In this document: in pieces, positions 16,201 to 25,186 of the stretch
Layout: each line of letters opens with the position of its first letter
Position numbering within the stretch: the first letter of the stretch is position 1
NCBI GenBank assembly: GCA_003565095.1
Contig: PXDI01000090.1
Span: forward strand, 1-32,480
Length of the DNA: 32,480 bases
Direction of reading: 5' to 3'
Origin: PVC group bacterium
GTDB lineage: Bacteria; Verrucomicrobiota; Kiritimatiellia; UBA8416; PXDI01
Made by a program: the position numbers and the translations under genes
The notes under the pieces: generated by a model
What the model was told of the DNA's origin: nothing
Database searches by the model: none
Seen by the model: the letters and a program-made list of their open reading frames with translations, nothing else

Positions 16201-17265
16201 TCAAAAATAACTCTTCTCAAACGTTCCACTCTCTGCTTTGGTCTGCAGTCTCTCTCCTGCTTTTAAACAACGCATTTCCTCGGGCGAGGCAGTACCGGTC
16301 TGATGCAGTTTTCTGATGCACACTCCGGCGGCCAGATTGCCGGTAAAGGCGGCTTGTGCCGGTGTTGCGCCGGCGGCCAGCGCGGCAGTAATTGCCGCCA
16401 TGGCGGCATCTCCCGCGCCGGTGGTGTCCATTTCCCCCTCCCATTCAACCGCCGGCACTTCAGTGGTTCCTCCGCTGTCGCAAACGGTGATGCCCTGCGC
16501 TCCGCACGTCACAAACACCGGCTGTCCACGCTGCGCATGAAACTCCGCCAGCACTTTCAGTAAATGTTCCCGCGAAATCTTTCCGCCAGCTTCCGGCGCA
16601 CATGCACAGACTTTTGCCAGTTCAATATTATTGATTTTCAGAATACCGCCGGGATACATCGTCTCCGGTTCGCGGCTGTCCACGGTGAAAATCTTTTCAG
16701 GGAATGCTGCGATAAGATCCTGCAGCCCGCGGCGCAGCGCGTTGCTGTGAATGCCGCAGCGCGCCTGCGCGTTAATTACAACTGCGTCCAGCTCCGGCAG
16801 TGCGGCGCCCAGCGCGGTGAGCAGTCGTCCGGCCGTGCTGTCATACAAGCGGTTGAAATCGCCGAAATCAATCCGGCTCTGCTCGGTTCCATTGATGTGC
16901 GGTTTCACATAAGCGACGGTTGCCCAGTCATCCGTTTGACATATCAGGCCCGTAATGTCGGTATTGAGATTATCCAGAATGCGTTTAAGTTCCGCGCCCC
17001 AGGGGTCTTCACCAATAACGCCGAAGACCGCCACTTTGCCGCAACCCAGTGCGGCCAGATCGGCCGCTACGTTGCCCGCAGCTCCCGCCGCATAGCGCTG
17101 CTGCAAAACCGGTCTGGTCGGTTTGCCGGTTTCAACCGATGGCAGCGCCGCCGCCGGCTCAATCGTCCAGTAGCAATCCAGCGCAAAATCACCGATCACC
17201 CCGATCCTTAAAGCCGGAAACCCCCTAAACAGCTTCTCCAATTCTGTATCCGTCATTCTAAACAT
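16201..17265 (-). CDS. PfkB-family sugar kinase, RfaE domain I / HldA-like D-glycero-beta-D-manno-heptose-7-phosphate kinase
   Basis: The N-terminus RIGVIGDFALDCYWTIEPAAALPSVETGKPTRPV matches the RfaE kinase-domain pattern. GAAGNVAADLAALG and the PfkB anion-hole motif DTTGAGDA are present. It is adjacent to two GT9 genes. No adenylyltransferase domain is present. Confidence 0.75.
   Translation of the reverse strand: MFRMTDTELEKLFRGFPALRIGVIGDFALDCYWTIEPAAALPSVETGKPTRPVLQQRYAAGAAGNVAADLAALGCGKVAVFGVIGEDPWGAELKRILDNLNTDITGLICQTDDWATVAYVKPHINGTEQSRIDFGDFNRLYDSTAGRLLTALGAALPELDAVVINAQARCGIHSNALRRGLQDLIAAFPEKIFTVDSREPETMYPGGILKINNIELAKVCACAPEAGGKISREHLLKVLAEFHAQRGQPVFVTCGAQGITVCDSGGTTEVPAVEWEGEMDTTGAGDAAMAAITAALAAGATPAQAAFTGNLAAGVCIRKLHQTGTASPEEMRCLKAGERLQTKAESGTFEKSYF
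16209..16229 (-). repeat. 21-nt motif GTGGAACGTTTGAGAAGAGTT (read on the - strand), exact copy of 31328-31348
   Basis: aactcttctcaaacgttccac at 16209-16229 is the exact reverse complement of 31328-31348. It overlaps the last codons (GTFEKS) of the kinase gene. Two GTCTGCA-type heptads lie at 16241-16254. Confidence 0.8.
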
Positions 17266-17379
17266 ACACCTAACCTATTTAAATCCCCCATACCAGTCAA
17301 TCCGTAACACTGCGCAAACGTTCTTCTACCCCCACTTTCTCCTTTCCCCGCCAAGGTGTCTGTGCTAGCTTGCCGCATC

Positions 17380-18531
17380 ATGAAAACAGCAAAACAGCCG
17401 CAACGGCTGGCGATCATTTACCCGAAGGCGATTGGTGACTTCATGTTTGTGCTGCCGGCGCTGCACACGCTCCGGCGGGCGCTGCCAGAAACACATATTA
17501 CGCTGGTGGTAAAAAGCAAACAGGCTCCTTTGGCGCTGCCGCAGCAGGGCCTGCTGGCCGATAAAGTGCTCGTCCTCGGCGGTGGTTCCGGCTGGTATCA
17601 TGTGCGCCGGCAATTGGCGGAGCTGAAGGCGGATACCGTGATTGATTTGGTCGGCAACGATCAGTCCGGGCTGCTTATGACCTGCCGCGGCGGCCGGCGT
17701 CTGCGTCCCGCCCCACACGATTGTAAAGGCCGCTGTGCACTCTATTCTCCGTTTGCTGAAGCCATGCCGCGCCTCCCCGCCGGTTTACACCGCGTCGATG
17801 AACTGCTTTCTTTTTCCCGCTGTCTCGCCGATGCCGACCCGGTATATTCGTTTAAACTGCAGCTTCCGGCGCAAGCGGTTGACGCTGGTGAACAAATGAT
17901 CGCGGCACACAGCCTGCGCTCCGGAACGGTCGTGGCACTGAATATCGGTGCCAGCCGGGATTCCAAGCGCTGGCCGGCAGAGAGTTTTTGTAAATTAGCC
18001 CGGGACTTGATTGCAGAAGGCTGCCGTGTCGTTCTGACCGGTGCTCGTGCTTTTAATTCGGACAAACATTATGACCGGCAGGTGATCGAACAGTTTATCC
18101 GTGACGGAATCGTTGATGGGGAGCAGTGTATCGACCTGATCACGGGGCATGACCTGCCGCCGGATTTGCAGCTTCAACGTGACACCCACTTTCTGCGCTA
18201 TTCCGGCGTGCCCGCAGTAGTTGTCGGCAACGATACCGGCCCGATGCAGATTGCCGGTTCGGTAGGCGATGATGCCCGCAATCGCACCGTGTCCCTGTTC
18301 GGACCAACCAACTGGGGCCGCTATGCCCCGTATGATCCTTCCAGACACTATCCGGATCGCCCTGACGGAGATTGGAACCACGTGCTTTGCCATAACACCG
18401 GCTGCCGCCCCGCGGACCACCGCGAAGCATGCAAATTCTACCGGCGCGGGTGCCAACATAAACAATGCATGGTGAACCTGCTTCCGCAAACCGTGCTGGA
18501 AGCAGTCATGTCAATGGTGCGGAAATCATGA
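17380..18531 (+). CDS. Glycosyltransferase family 9 (LPS heptosyltransferase-like), paralog 1
   Basis: RLAIIYPKAIGDFMFVLPALHTLRRALPETHITLVV is the GT9 N-terminal signature. Also present are KRWPAESFCKLARDLIAEGCRVVLTG, GNDTGPMQIA and VSLFGPTN. The start is placed at ATG 17380; the track ORF begins at GTG 17356. Confidence 0.85.
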   Translation: MKTAKQPQRLAIIYPKAIGDFMFVLPALHTLRRALPETHITLVVKSKQAPLALPQQGLLADKVLVLGGGSGWYHVRRQLAELKADTVIDLVGNDQSGLLMTCRGGRRLRPAPHDCKGRCALYSPFAEAMPRLPAGLHRVDELLSFSRCLADADPVYSFKLQLPAQAVDAGEQMIAAHSLRSGTVVALNIGASRDSKRWPAESFCKLARDLIAEGCRVVLTGARAFNSDKHYDRQVIEQFIRDGIVDGEQCIDLITGHDLPPDLQLQRDTHFLRYSGVPAVVVGNDTGPMQIAGSVGDDARNRTVSLFGPTNWGRYAPYDPSRHYPDRPDGDWNHVLCHNTGCRPADHREACKFYRRGCQHKQCMVNLLPQTVLEAVMSMVRKS

Positions 18532-19679
18532 AAAAGAACAGTGTTTTAGTAGTATATTCCGGCTGGCTGGGCGATCTGGTCTGGATTATCCCGTCGCTGC
18601 ATGCCCTTAAAACCGTTTTCAATTCGGTTTCACTGGTTGTTTCCGAAGTACAAGCCCCGCTGGCGGAAATTATGCTGAACGGTTTGGTGGATGCGGTATA
18701 TGTTGATATTCCCGCGCACCGAATGGCTGCGGCACGCAAAGTCCGCCGCGCCGCGCTGGATAAAGGTATCGAAACGTATATCGACCTCAAGGGCCGCGGC
18801 AAGACCGGTCTGTATATGCCGTGGGGCCGCGGATTGAAAATTCTTATTCCGCACCGCAAGGATGCCCGCGAGTATGCGCTTGCGCGTCTGGTGCATCCCG
18901 CCGCGGGTTGTATGCCGGAACGCAGTCAGGGGCATATGGTCGAAGCTTATTTGAGCGGGCTGCGCGGACTGGACATTCTTGATACCCCGGTCTCGTTTGC
19001 TCTGCCGTTCAGTGAGCAGACGCTTAATGCCGCGGAGGAGCTTGTTGAGCAAGAGGGGTTGCGCGGGGATCGCTGCGTCGCGCTCAGTCCCGGATCAGCA
19101 CAGTTCAGCAAAATCTGGCCGGCTGAAAATTACCGGCGGCTGGCGGAGATATTGATTAACGATCTTGGCTGCCGGGTGGTGCTGATGGGGGGACGTGATT
19201 TTGCGCCGAATGATGATTACGACCTGAAAATCTCGCGCAAATATTTCAGCGCCGGCAACATTGTCAATCTGGTGGAAAGAACCGGTCTTGATGTCGACTC
19301 CTGCCTGCTGAGTTCCGGCGTGTTTGCTGTTTCAGTTGGAAACGACAGTTTTGCCAACCACATGGCCGGATCGGCCGGCGAAACCGCCGCCGGAACCCCC
19401 GGGGCGCTGCAGGCGGACAATGGACGCTGGTACAAGGCCAACCGGACGGTTTCGCTTTTTGCGCCGACCAATCCGGTTTTCTGCCGCCCGTATGATCCGA
19501 CCGGCACCTTTAACACCATCGTGCTTCCCGATCAGTATCCTGAAGAATGCGTCTATGACCGCACGGCCCACGTCTGTCCGCATTACGGTGACCGCTTCTG
19601 CGTTGACCGCTGCCATTGCATGCAGAATATTCCGGTGGAAAAAGTTGTCGCGGCAGTTGCGCAAAGTCTTGGAATATAA
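18528..19679 (+). CDS. Glycosyltransferase family 9 (LPS heptosyltransferase-like), paralog 2
   Basis: Motifs seen are VLVVYSGWLGDLVWIIPSLHALK, KIWPAENYRRLAEILINDLGCRVVLMGG, GNDSFANHMA and VSLFAPTN. The ATG at 18528 overlaps the upstream stop (atga). Its length (383 aa) equals that of paralog 1. Confidence 0.85.
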   Translation: MKKNSVLVVYSGWLGDLVWIIPSLHALKTVFNSVSLVVSEVQAPLAEIMLNGLVDAVYVDIPAHRMAAARKVRRAALDKGIETYIDLKGRGKTGLYMPWGRGLKILIPHRKDAREYALARLVHPAAGCMPERSQGHMVEAYLSGLRGLDILDTPVSFALPFSEQTLNAAEELVEQEGLRGDRCVALSPGSAQFSKIWPAENYRRLAEILINDLGCRVVLMGGRDFAPNDDYDLKISRKYFSAGNIVNLVERTGLDVDSCLLSSGVFAVSVGNDSFANHMAGSAGETAAGTPGALQADNGRWYKANRTVSLFAPTNPVFCRPYDPTGTFNTIVLPDQYPEECVYDRTAHVCPHYGDRFCVDRCHCMQNIPVEKVVAAVAQSLGI

Positions 19680-19688
19680 ACAGTCAGC

Positions 19689-22298
19689 TCAGAAGGACTG
19701 TCCGATCCCGATATAATACATCGGACGGTCGTCTACGCGCGGACGGTCCATCTGGCGCGCAACATCAAAACGCACAACCGTAGGGAACACTCCCAGTATA
19801 TCAGTATAAAAGCGTAACCCGGCTCCCACGCCCCAATGCGGTGATTTACTCGTCATTTCCCCGGTTGTGCCGGTTACGTTGCCGACATCTATATACAACG
19901 CGGCTTGCAACATGCGCGTCCATGCCAGCGAAAAACCCCGGGCGTTGAGCTCTTTCCACAGAATATTGCGATACTCAAACGAACCGAGATATTGGTAGTT
20001 GCCTAAAAGCCTGCCGCGGTTAATGCCGCGGATTCCGTCAAAGCCGCCGATGTCATACAGCATCTGGGTCGGCGTTCCGCTCCGGTCTGACGCGCCAAGA
20101 CGGGCACGCATCGCCAGCAGATGACGGTCACGCTTCACAGGAATCACAACATTGCCGCCGGTAGCAGCTTTCCAGTAGCGGAAATCACCACCGGTCTCTT
20201 TGTGCCCCAACTCGCCATCAATTGAGAAAACCGCCCCGTCCAATGGATTGCGTCCAGCGTCTTTCGAATAAATTGCATACCCTAAAGTAATTTCGCTGAC
20301 AGTTCCGGTGTTGTTTACAAAGCCGCTGTCAACGGCGGCAAAACCGGGATCAAGATCGGCGTGGACAAAGCCGTAAGTGATGCTTTGCCGGTAATTTATC
20401 GCATCGTAGGCTTTGCCGAATGCGCGCACATGGCGCAATCCGAGGCCTTGGCGCGCCTGTTCAGAGAAAAAATCAAACCGGTAACGGTTGCGGTAGTCAT
20501 TGCCCAGAATTATTGAGCCGCCGGCGCGTATTTCGTGGTCGCGGTCGTTTAGATCGATACGCAAACGCAGGCTGTTTAATAAAACCCTGACGGATGGCGG
20601 ATAGCGGTTGTCGCGGCGGGTTGTTTCCCGCAGCCGCCGGTCGGGATCAAGCCGCACCCGGTGTGCCCGCCGCGGTGTTTCAATCATTACCTGTCCGCTG
20701 CTGCCTTCCCCCGTCCATACCCCGCGGTATGCTTCACCAAACCGCCGCCCGACTTCTACCACCACCGGTTCGTGAACCGGCGCACCGCTCTGCCGGATGC
20801 TGACCCGTGAAAGATAGCCGCCCTCCGGACGGCGTCTTTGCTTCCAGCCGGTCAGCTTGTAATTCACCTCTGGATAGGGTTTGCCCCACTGGGATAGATA
20901 ATCATCCAGACAGCCCGCATATTGCTTCTGCGCCAAAGCTTTTAACGGGCGGTCGCATTCCAGCGCCGCCGCGGTAATTTCGGTCAGCGCATCGTCTCCC
21001 AGTAAATCACGCAGTTTTTCCACAAGTATCCGGCCATGGGCCGTGCGGCGGTTAAAGCGCAGAATATCTTCACGCAACGGATCGTTTTCATAAAAGTCGC
21101 CGAAAAATGCGCCGATAAACGGGAAGCGTGGCGCGTGCCGTAACGCATCGATATTGGGAATAAACCCGAATGGTTTGAGGTAGGTTTCTAGCGATTGCGC
21201 GCGCCGCCGGTAAGTCCGCCAGAAAGCCTGCGCCTGCACCCATGCCACCGCCTCCGCCTCCCAGTCAAATGCTGTCGCATCAGTTGTTGTAAGGGCGCTG
21301 CGCAGCCCAAGAGTGTAGACGGCCTCAACCAGCGGACCGGCATGGTAATCCCGCAACGGCGCAAAAACTTCATGAAACCGGTCGGAAATCAGCACAACCC
21401 CCGCGCCGGCAATCGCCAGATCGCGGCGTAAGGCCGCTTCAATGAAAATCAGTTCTTCAGGGAATGATATGTTTTCTTTGTCACGCAGCCGTTCAACCGC
21501 CATACCCGCGGCTTGAAACAACGCCGCTGCCGCTTGCGGGCGGGGCCTCGCGGAATAGTATGCAAAATCCTGATTACCGGCGCTGTGGCGGTAAACAAAT
21601 ATCTGCGGCATGAATACCAGAGAGAGATAGCGAGCTTCAAACCCGGCCTGAATGATGTCATTTGCCGCAACTTCGTAATGCCGCCCGTTGATGAAAACAT
21701 GTCCCGCAGCGCTGACCCGCAGGCGCAGGTCAAAGCGTGATATCGGCGGCGGGGCGTAAAAATCCCATTCAGCATTCCGCCGGGCCGGCAGATAAGGATA
21801 CCAGCCCCCATTCAAACACACAACAGCGCGATGCTTTCCGAAAGTGCCGAACCGCTCAGGAATCTTCACAGCATAACCGGTCGCAACCGTAATCTGCTCA
21901 TCAGGTTGCAACCCGTCCGCTAAACAAGCCGCAAGCAGCACCCCTTGCGTCAAATCAGAAACACTTTCCGGTATAATGAATGAGCGCTTTTCGTTGATCA
22001 GAACATCATGAACCAGCATCTTCCCAAGACTGACACTTTCCGGAAAAATACGGTCATACAGTTCGTGCGTTATTTCCGGTCTGTACTCTGAATAGTGGTT
22101 GGGATAGGCGAACAGCGGCAGCGTATCAAGGCTGCCGGCAAACGGATTGCTTAAAACAAAAGTATTCGTGCCGGAAATACGCCCTGCCGCAACGTCCAGA
22201 GTCGCATCCAGTTTGTAATGGTCATATACCGGCTCTTCACTGCTGTATGCCGCAATAGCCAACAACAGCATAAACAGCACTCGGTAGACTTTAAACAT
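19689..22298 (-). CDS. Omp85/BamA-superfamily outer-membrane barrel protein with a ~570-aa N-terminal M1-peptidase-like (HEXXH-less) domain
   Basis: A signal peptide MFKVYRVLFMLLLAIAAYS is present. The C-terminal ~300 aa carry Omp85 barrel hallmarks: IGGFDGIRGINRG (the loop-6 RG motif region), GVGAGLRFYTDILGVFPTVVRFDVA and a terminal aromatic residue (...YYIGIGQSF). The N-domain begins YDHYKLDATLDVAAGRISGTNTFVL, like M1 aminopeptidase N-domains, but I found no HEXXH. The start is placed at ATG 22298. Confidence 0.7.
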   Translation of the reverse strand: MFKVYRVLFMLLLAIAAYSSEEPVYDHYKLDATLDVAAGRISGTNTFVLSNPFAGSLDTLPLFAYPNHYSEYRPEITHELYDRIFPESVSLGKMLVHDVLINEKRSFIIPESVSDLTQGVLLAACLADGLQPDEQITVATGYAVKIPERFGTFGKHRAVVCLNGGWYPYLPARRNAEWDFYAPPPISRFDLRLRVSAAGHVFINGRHYEVAANDIIQAGFEARYLSLVFMPQIFVYRHSAGNQDFAYYSARPRPQAAAALFQAAGMAVERLRDKENISFPEELIFIEAALRRDLAIAGAGVVLISDRFHEVFAPLRDYHAGPLVEAVYTLGLRSALTTTDATAFDWEAEAVAWVQAQAFWRTYRRRAQSLETYLKPFGFIPNIDALRHAPRFPFIGAFFGDFYENDPLREDILRFNRRTAHGRILVEKLRDLLGDDALTEITAAALECDRPLKALAQKQYAGCLDDYLSQWGKPYPEVNYKLTGWKQRRRPEGGYLSRVSIRQSGAPVHEPVVVEVGRRFGEAYRGVWTGEGSSGQVMIETPRRAHRVRLDPDRRLRETTRRDNRYPPSVRVLLNSLRLRIDLNDRDHEIRAGGSIILGNDYRNRYRFDFFSEQARQGLGLRHVRAFGKAYDAINYRQSITYGFVHADLDPGFAAVDSGFVNNTGTVSEITLGYAIYSKDAGRNPLDGAVFSIDGELGHKETGGDFRYWKAATGGNVVIPVKRDRHLLAMRARLGASDRSGTPTQMLYDIGGFDGIRGINRGRLLGNYQYLGSFEYRNILWKELNARGFSLAWTRMLQAALYIDVGNVTGTTGEMTSKSPHWGVGAGLRFYTDILGVFPTVVRFDVARQMDRPRVDDRPMYYIGIGQSF

Positions 22299-22463
22299 AA
22301 TCAAGTTTCTGAAAATATATTCCGCTAACCCGCAGCGGCTTTCCCCTTGCAACCAGTCCCGGTAAGCTACACAACATCAGAAAACCTTGGCGAGCATATT
22401 CACTCCCGAAACTCCGGAATGCTTGACGTTCTGTGTCGGCATGGTACTGTTGACTCCCACAGA

Positions 22464-25007
22464 ATGATGATATCAGAACCAAAAACAAAACAGGCCGTTT
22501 TGAGGCCGCTATTACGCTGTATTGCCGGTGCCGTTGTTTTTTCAACACTGCACGCCGCCCCGCCGGACGGGACGATTCTCTCGGAAGCAGATGTTTGGCG
22601 GGTTTTCCGCGTATGGGAGACCCCGGTGCAGGGTACTGTGCATGAACATCAACCGGCCAACGGCCGGCATTCGCAAAGCGTCCGGCCTACACCGCATCCG
22701 CCCGTAGACTGGGCAGCCGTCGAGTTTGATGATTCCGCATGGCTGCGCCGCAACGGGCCGTTTCATGTCTGCCGTCGTGGAACGGAGGGTTTCGGTTATG
22801 GCGAGCCACGCACTCTTTCACGCATGCTGCTGCGCAGCCGCTTCGGGGTGGATAATCCCGCTGCCGCAGGGGATTTGGAACTGTCACTGGTCTTTCGCGG
22901 CGGTGCGGTCATTTATCTCAACGGCCAAGAAGTTACCCGTTTATATATGCCGGAAGGGGCGCTGTCGGACGAAACTCCCGCCCTTGACTATCCCGACGCA
23001 GTCTGGCGCACCGCCTCGGGTGGCGGAATCGGCCCGATCGACGAATGGGCTGACCCCGAACAGCATCTTGACCGGGTGCAGCAGCGTATCCGCAACCGGC
23101 GGAAGATAGTTGTGCCGGCCGCATTGCTGCGTTCCGGCGTGAATGTGCTGGCAATAGATTTACGCCGCTGCGTGCTGCCGGAAGATCTGCCGCGCTATGC
23201 CGGTGGACGGGACGGTTGGGGTACGGTGGGCTTCATCAATCTGACGCTTGTAACCGGGCACCCCGCGCATGTCAAGCATCCCGGCGAAACGTTACGGAAT
23301 GTGCGGCTGTGGAATGCGGACCCGCTGGACCGGGTCGGGTTGGACGTAGCGGCCGGTGACCCGTTTGAAGATTTGCATCCGCTAAAGCTTGTGGCTCCGC
23401 GTGGCGGCCGCGCTTCCGGGCAGGTGGTTGTGTCGGTACCAGAAACCACCGTCGATTATTCTGCCGCCATTTCGCCTTTGCGCGGTCCGCAGGGGACCAT
23501 TACTCCGCAGCAGGTTACCGTCAGATTTGCCTCGCGCCTGCATCCGCCGCTGCATAGCGCTCACCCGTTTTATGATGCACTGCTCCCGCGCCCCGTCACC
23601 GCGACCGCCACCCAGCCGGTATGGATTACCGTGGAGGTGCCGCCAGAAGCCGCCCCCGGACATTATGCCGGCACCCTTGCCGGCAGTGTTTTGAGACACA
23701 ATTATACAGTACCGGTTGAACTTGAAGTGGCGGATTGGCAACTGCCGCCACCGCAGGAATGGCACGCCATGGCCGGATTCTGGCATTCTCCCTTTAATGT
23801 TGTCCATCAGTATGAAGTTGAACCTTGGTCACCGCGGCATCTTGAACTTTTACGGCCGCTGATGACAATGCTGGGCGCGGCGGGCAATCATGTTTTGTAT
23901 ATTAACGCGGTCCGCAACACCCTGCACAACCGTAATGACACAATACTGCTTTTTAGTCAGCAGCAGGACGGCTATGTGCCGGACTTCAGCGCAGTCGATA
24001 AATATCTTGCTGTTTATGCTGAAGCCGCCGCCGCGCCGCGCGGCGTAGTCCTGTATGCCTGGGAGCGCGGCATGGAACGCGGCCGCGGGCCGCTGCCGGT
24101 TAATCTGCGCAATGCCGACGGCAGCGTTGAACCCGGCGAGCTGCCGTTTTTCGGTGAACAAGGCAGCGAACAAACCTGGCGGATGGTCATCCAGGGACTG
24201 CGCGCACGGATGGACCAATTGGGCTGGGATGAAACAGAAATATGGATCGGCGTTGGACACGATGCCAGACCGCGCAAGGCCACCATCGACTTTTTCCGCG
24301 CAGTCGCCCCCGACAGCCGCTGGTCGATGTTTTCACACTGGCGCGGCGATCCGCCACTAATGAACGGTCGCCGGGTGTTGGCCAACGAGCTGGTCATTGC
24401 TCTTGGCGAAACGCCCTTTTATCAATCACGCAACTATGGACCTTTGACGGGCGGGTGGGATTATTCCGCCGGCGATGCGGTGATGCTGAGCTCCTTCCGC
24501 GGGGCGCTGGATGATACCGGACTGGCCGCCTATCGCGCATTGCCCGATGCGCTAGTGGCTGGTGAGGGCCGCAATCAGATTGCAGGATTTACGCGCATGG
24601 GGCTGGACTACTGGCCGATCTATCAGGGACTGGATGTTCACGGCGAACCGCAGTATGGTCAAATCTGGAACTGGAGCGGGTGGAATAACCTTTACCGCAA
24701 TAATCCGCGCGCCATCGCATCCCCGGGACCGGACGGACCGGTAGCTACCGTCCGTTACGAAATGCTGCGCGAAGGACAGCAGGAAGCCGAAGCGCGGATT
24801 GCGATCGAGCGCGTGCTCAGCGATCCCCAACTCCGCGCTGAACTGCCGGAAGCGCTGGTAACCGCCGCCAACGAACTGCTCCAGGAACGTCTAACGTGGC
24901 GCTATGCCGAAAGCGGAGGCTCCTGGAACGATGATCCGTTATGGCAGAAAAGAGCGCTCCAGCTCTTCGAAATGGCCGGCCAAATCACCGCCGCCACCGC
25001 CGACTAA
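22464..25007 (+). CDS. Secreted glycoside-hydrolase-like protein (galactose-binding-like N-domain; DUF4091-like middle region), function unknown
   Basis: The signal-like N-terminus is MMISEPKTKQAVLRPLLRCIAGAVVFSTLHAAPP. FDDSAWLRRNGPF and LELSLVFRGGAVIYLNGQEV resemble the jelly-roll sugar-binding domain of GH2-type enzymes. VELEVADWQLPPPQEW resembles DUF4091-family proteins. The start is chosen at 22464; the track ORF begins at 22347. Confidence 0.55.
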   Translation: MMISEPKTKQAVLRPLLRCIAGAVVFSTLHAAPPDGTILSEADVWRVFRVWETPVQGTVHEHQPANGRHSQSVRPTPHPPVDWAAVEFDDSAWLRRNGPFHVCRRGTEGFGYGEPRTLSRMLLRSRFGVDNPAAAGDLELSLVFRGGAVIYLNGQEVTRLYMPEGALSDETPALDYPDAVWRTASGGGIGPIDEWADPEQHLDRVQQRIRNRRKIVVPAALLRSGVNVLAIDLRRCVLPEDLPRYAGGRDGWGTVGFINLTLVTGHPAHVKHPGETLRNVRLWNADPLDRVGLDVAAGDPFEDLHPLKLVAPRGGRASGQVVVSVPETTVDYSAAISPLRGPQGTITPQQVTVRFASRLHPPLHSAHPFYDALLPRPVTATATQPVWITVEVPPEAAPGHYAGTLAGSVLRHNYTVPVELEVADWQLPPPQEWHAMAGFWHSPFNVVHQYEVEPWSPRHLELLRPLMTMLGAAGNHVLYINAVRNTLHNRNDTILLFSQQQDGYVPDFSAVDKYLAVYAEAAAAPRGVVLYAWERGMERGRGPLPVNLRNADGSVEPGELPFFGEQGSEQTWRMVIQGLRARMDQLGWDETEIWIGVGHDARPRKATIDFFRAVAPDSRWSMFSHWRGDPPLMNGRRVLANELVIALGETPFYQSRNYGPLTGGWDYSAGDAVMLSSFRGALDDTGLAAYRALPDALVAGEGRNQIAGFTRMGLDYWPIYQGLDVHGEPQYGQIWNWSGWNNLYRNNPRAIASPGPDGPVATVRYEMLREGQQEAEARIAIERVLSDPQLRAELPEALVTAANELLQERLTWRYAESGGSWNDDPLWQKRALQLFEMAGQITAATAD

Positions 25008-25008
25008 C

Positions 25009-25104
25009 CTTGGCCCCTTGCCACCTTGGCCCCTTGCCACCTTGTAACCTTGTAACCTTGTAACCTTGTAACCTTGCCACCTTGTAACCTTGTAACCTTG
25101 CTAA
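25009..25104. repeat. Tandem array of twelve 8-bp units CTTGNNNN (cttggccc / cttgccac / cttgtaac / cttgctaa)
   Basis: It reads cttggccc cttgccac cttggccc cttgccac (cttgtaac)x4 cttgccac (cttgtaac)x2 cttgctaa. It begins 2 nt after the stop codon at 25005-25007 and ends 82 nt upstream of ssrA. Confidence 0.95.
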
Positions 25105-25186
25105 ATTTCCCTTTTCTTTCCCCGCGCAATATGCGATTATTCTAAATGAAGACTGACATCCTTCTTGGGGCAGCGGCCCGTATGAC

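Noticed and set aside
18340-19679. Cys-rich C-termini of both GT9 proteins (CHNTGCRPADHREACKFYRRGCQHKQCM; CVYDRTAHVCPHYGDRFCVDRCHCM) as a novel zinc-finger fusion
   Set aside because: A Cys cluster ending in CM-x-x-I just before the C-terminus is, as far as I recall, common in non-enterobacterial GT9 heptosyltransferases. It is likely an ordinary family feature.
19680-19688. The 9-bp gap between the convergent GT9 and Omp85-fusion genes as a regulatory oddity
   Set aside because: It is just tight packing. There is no room for a structure, and the nearest hairpins would lie inside coding sequence. It is noted only as an absence of an intergenic terminator.
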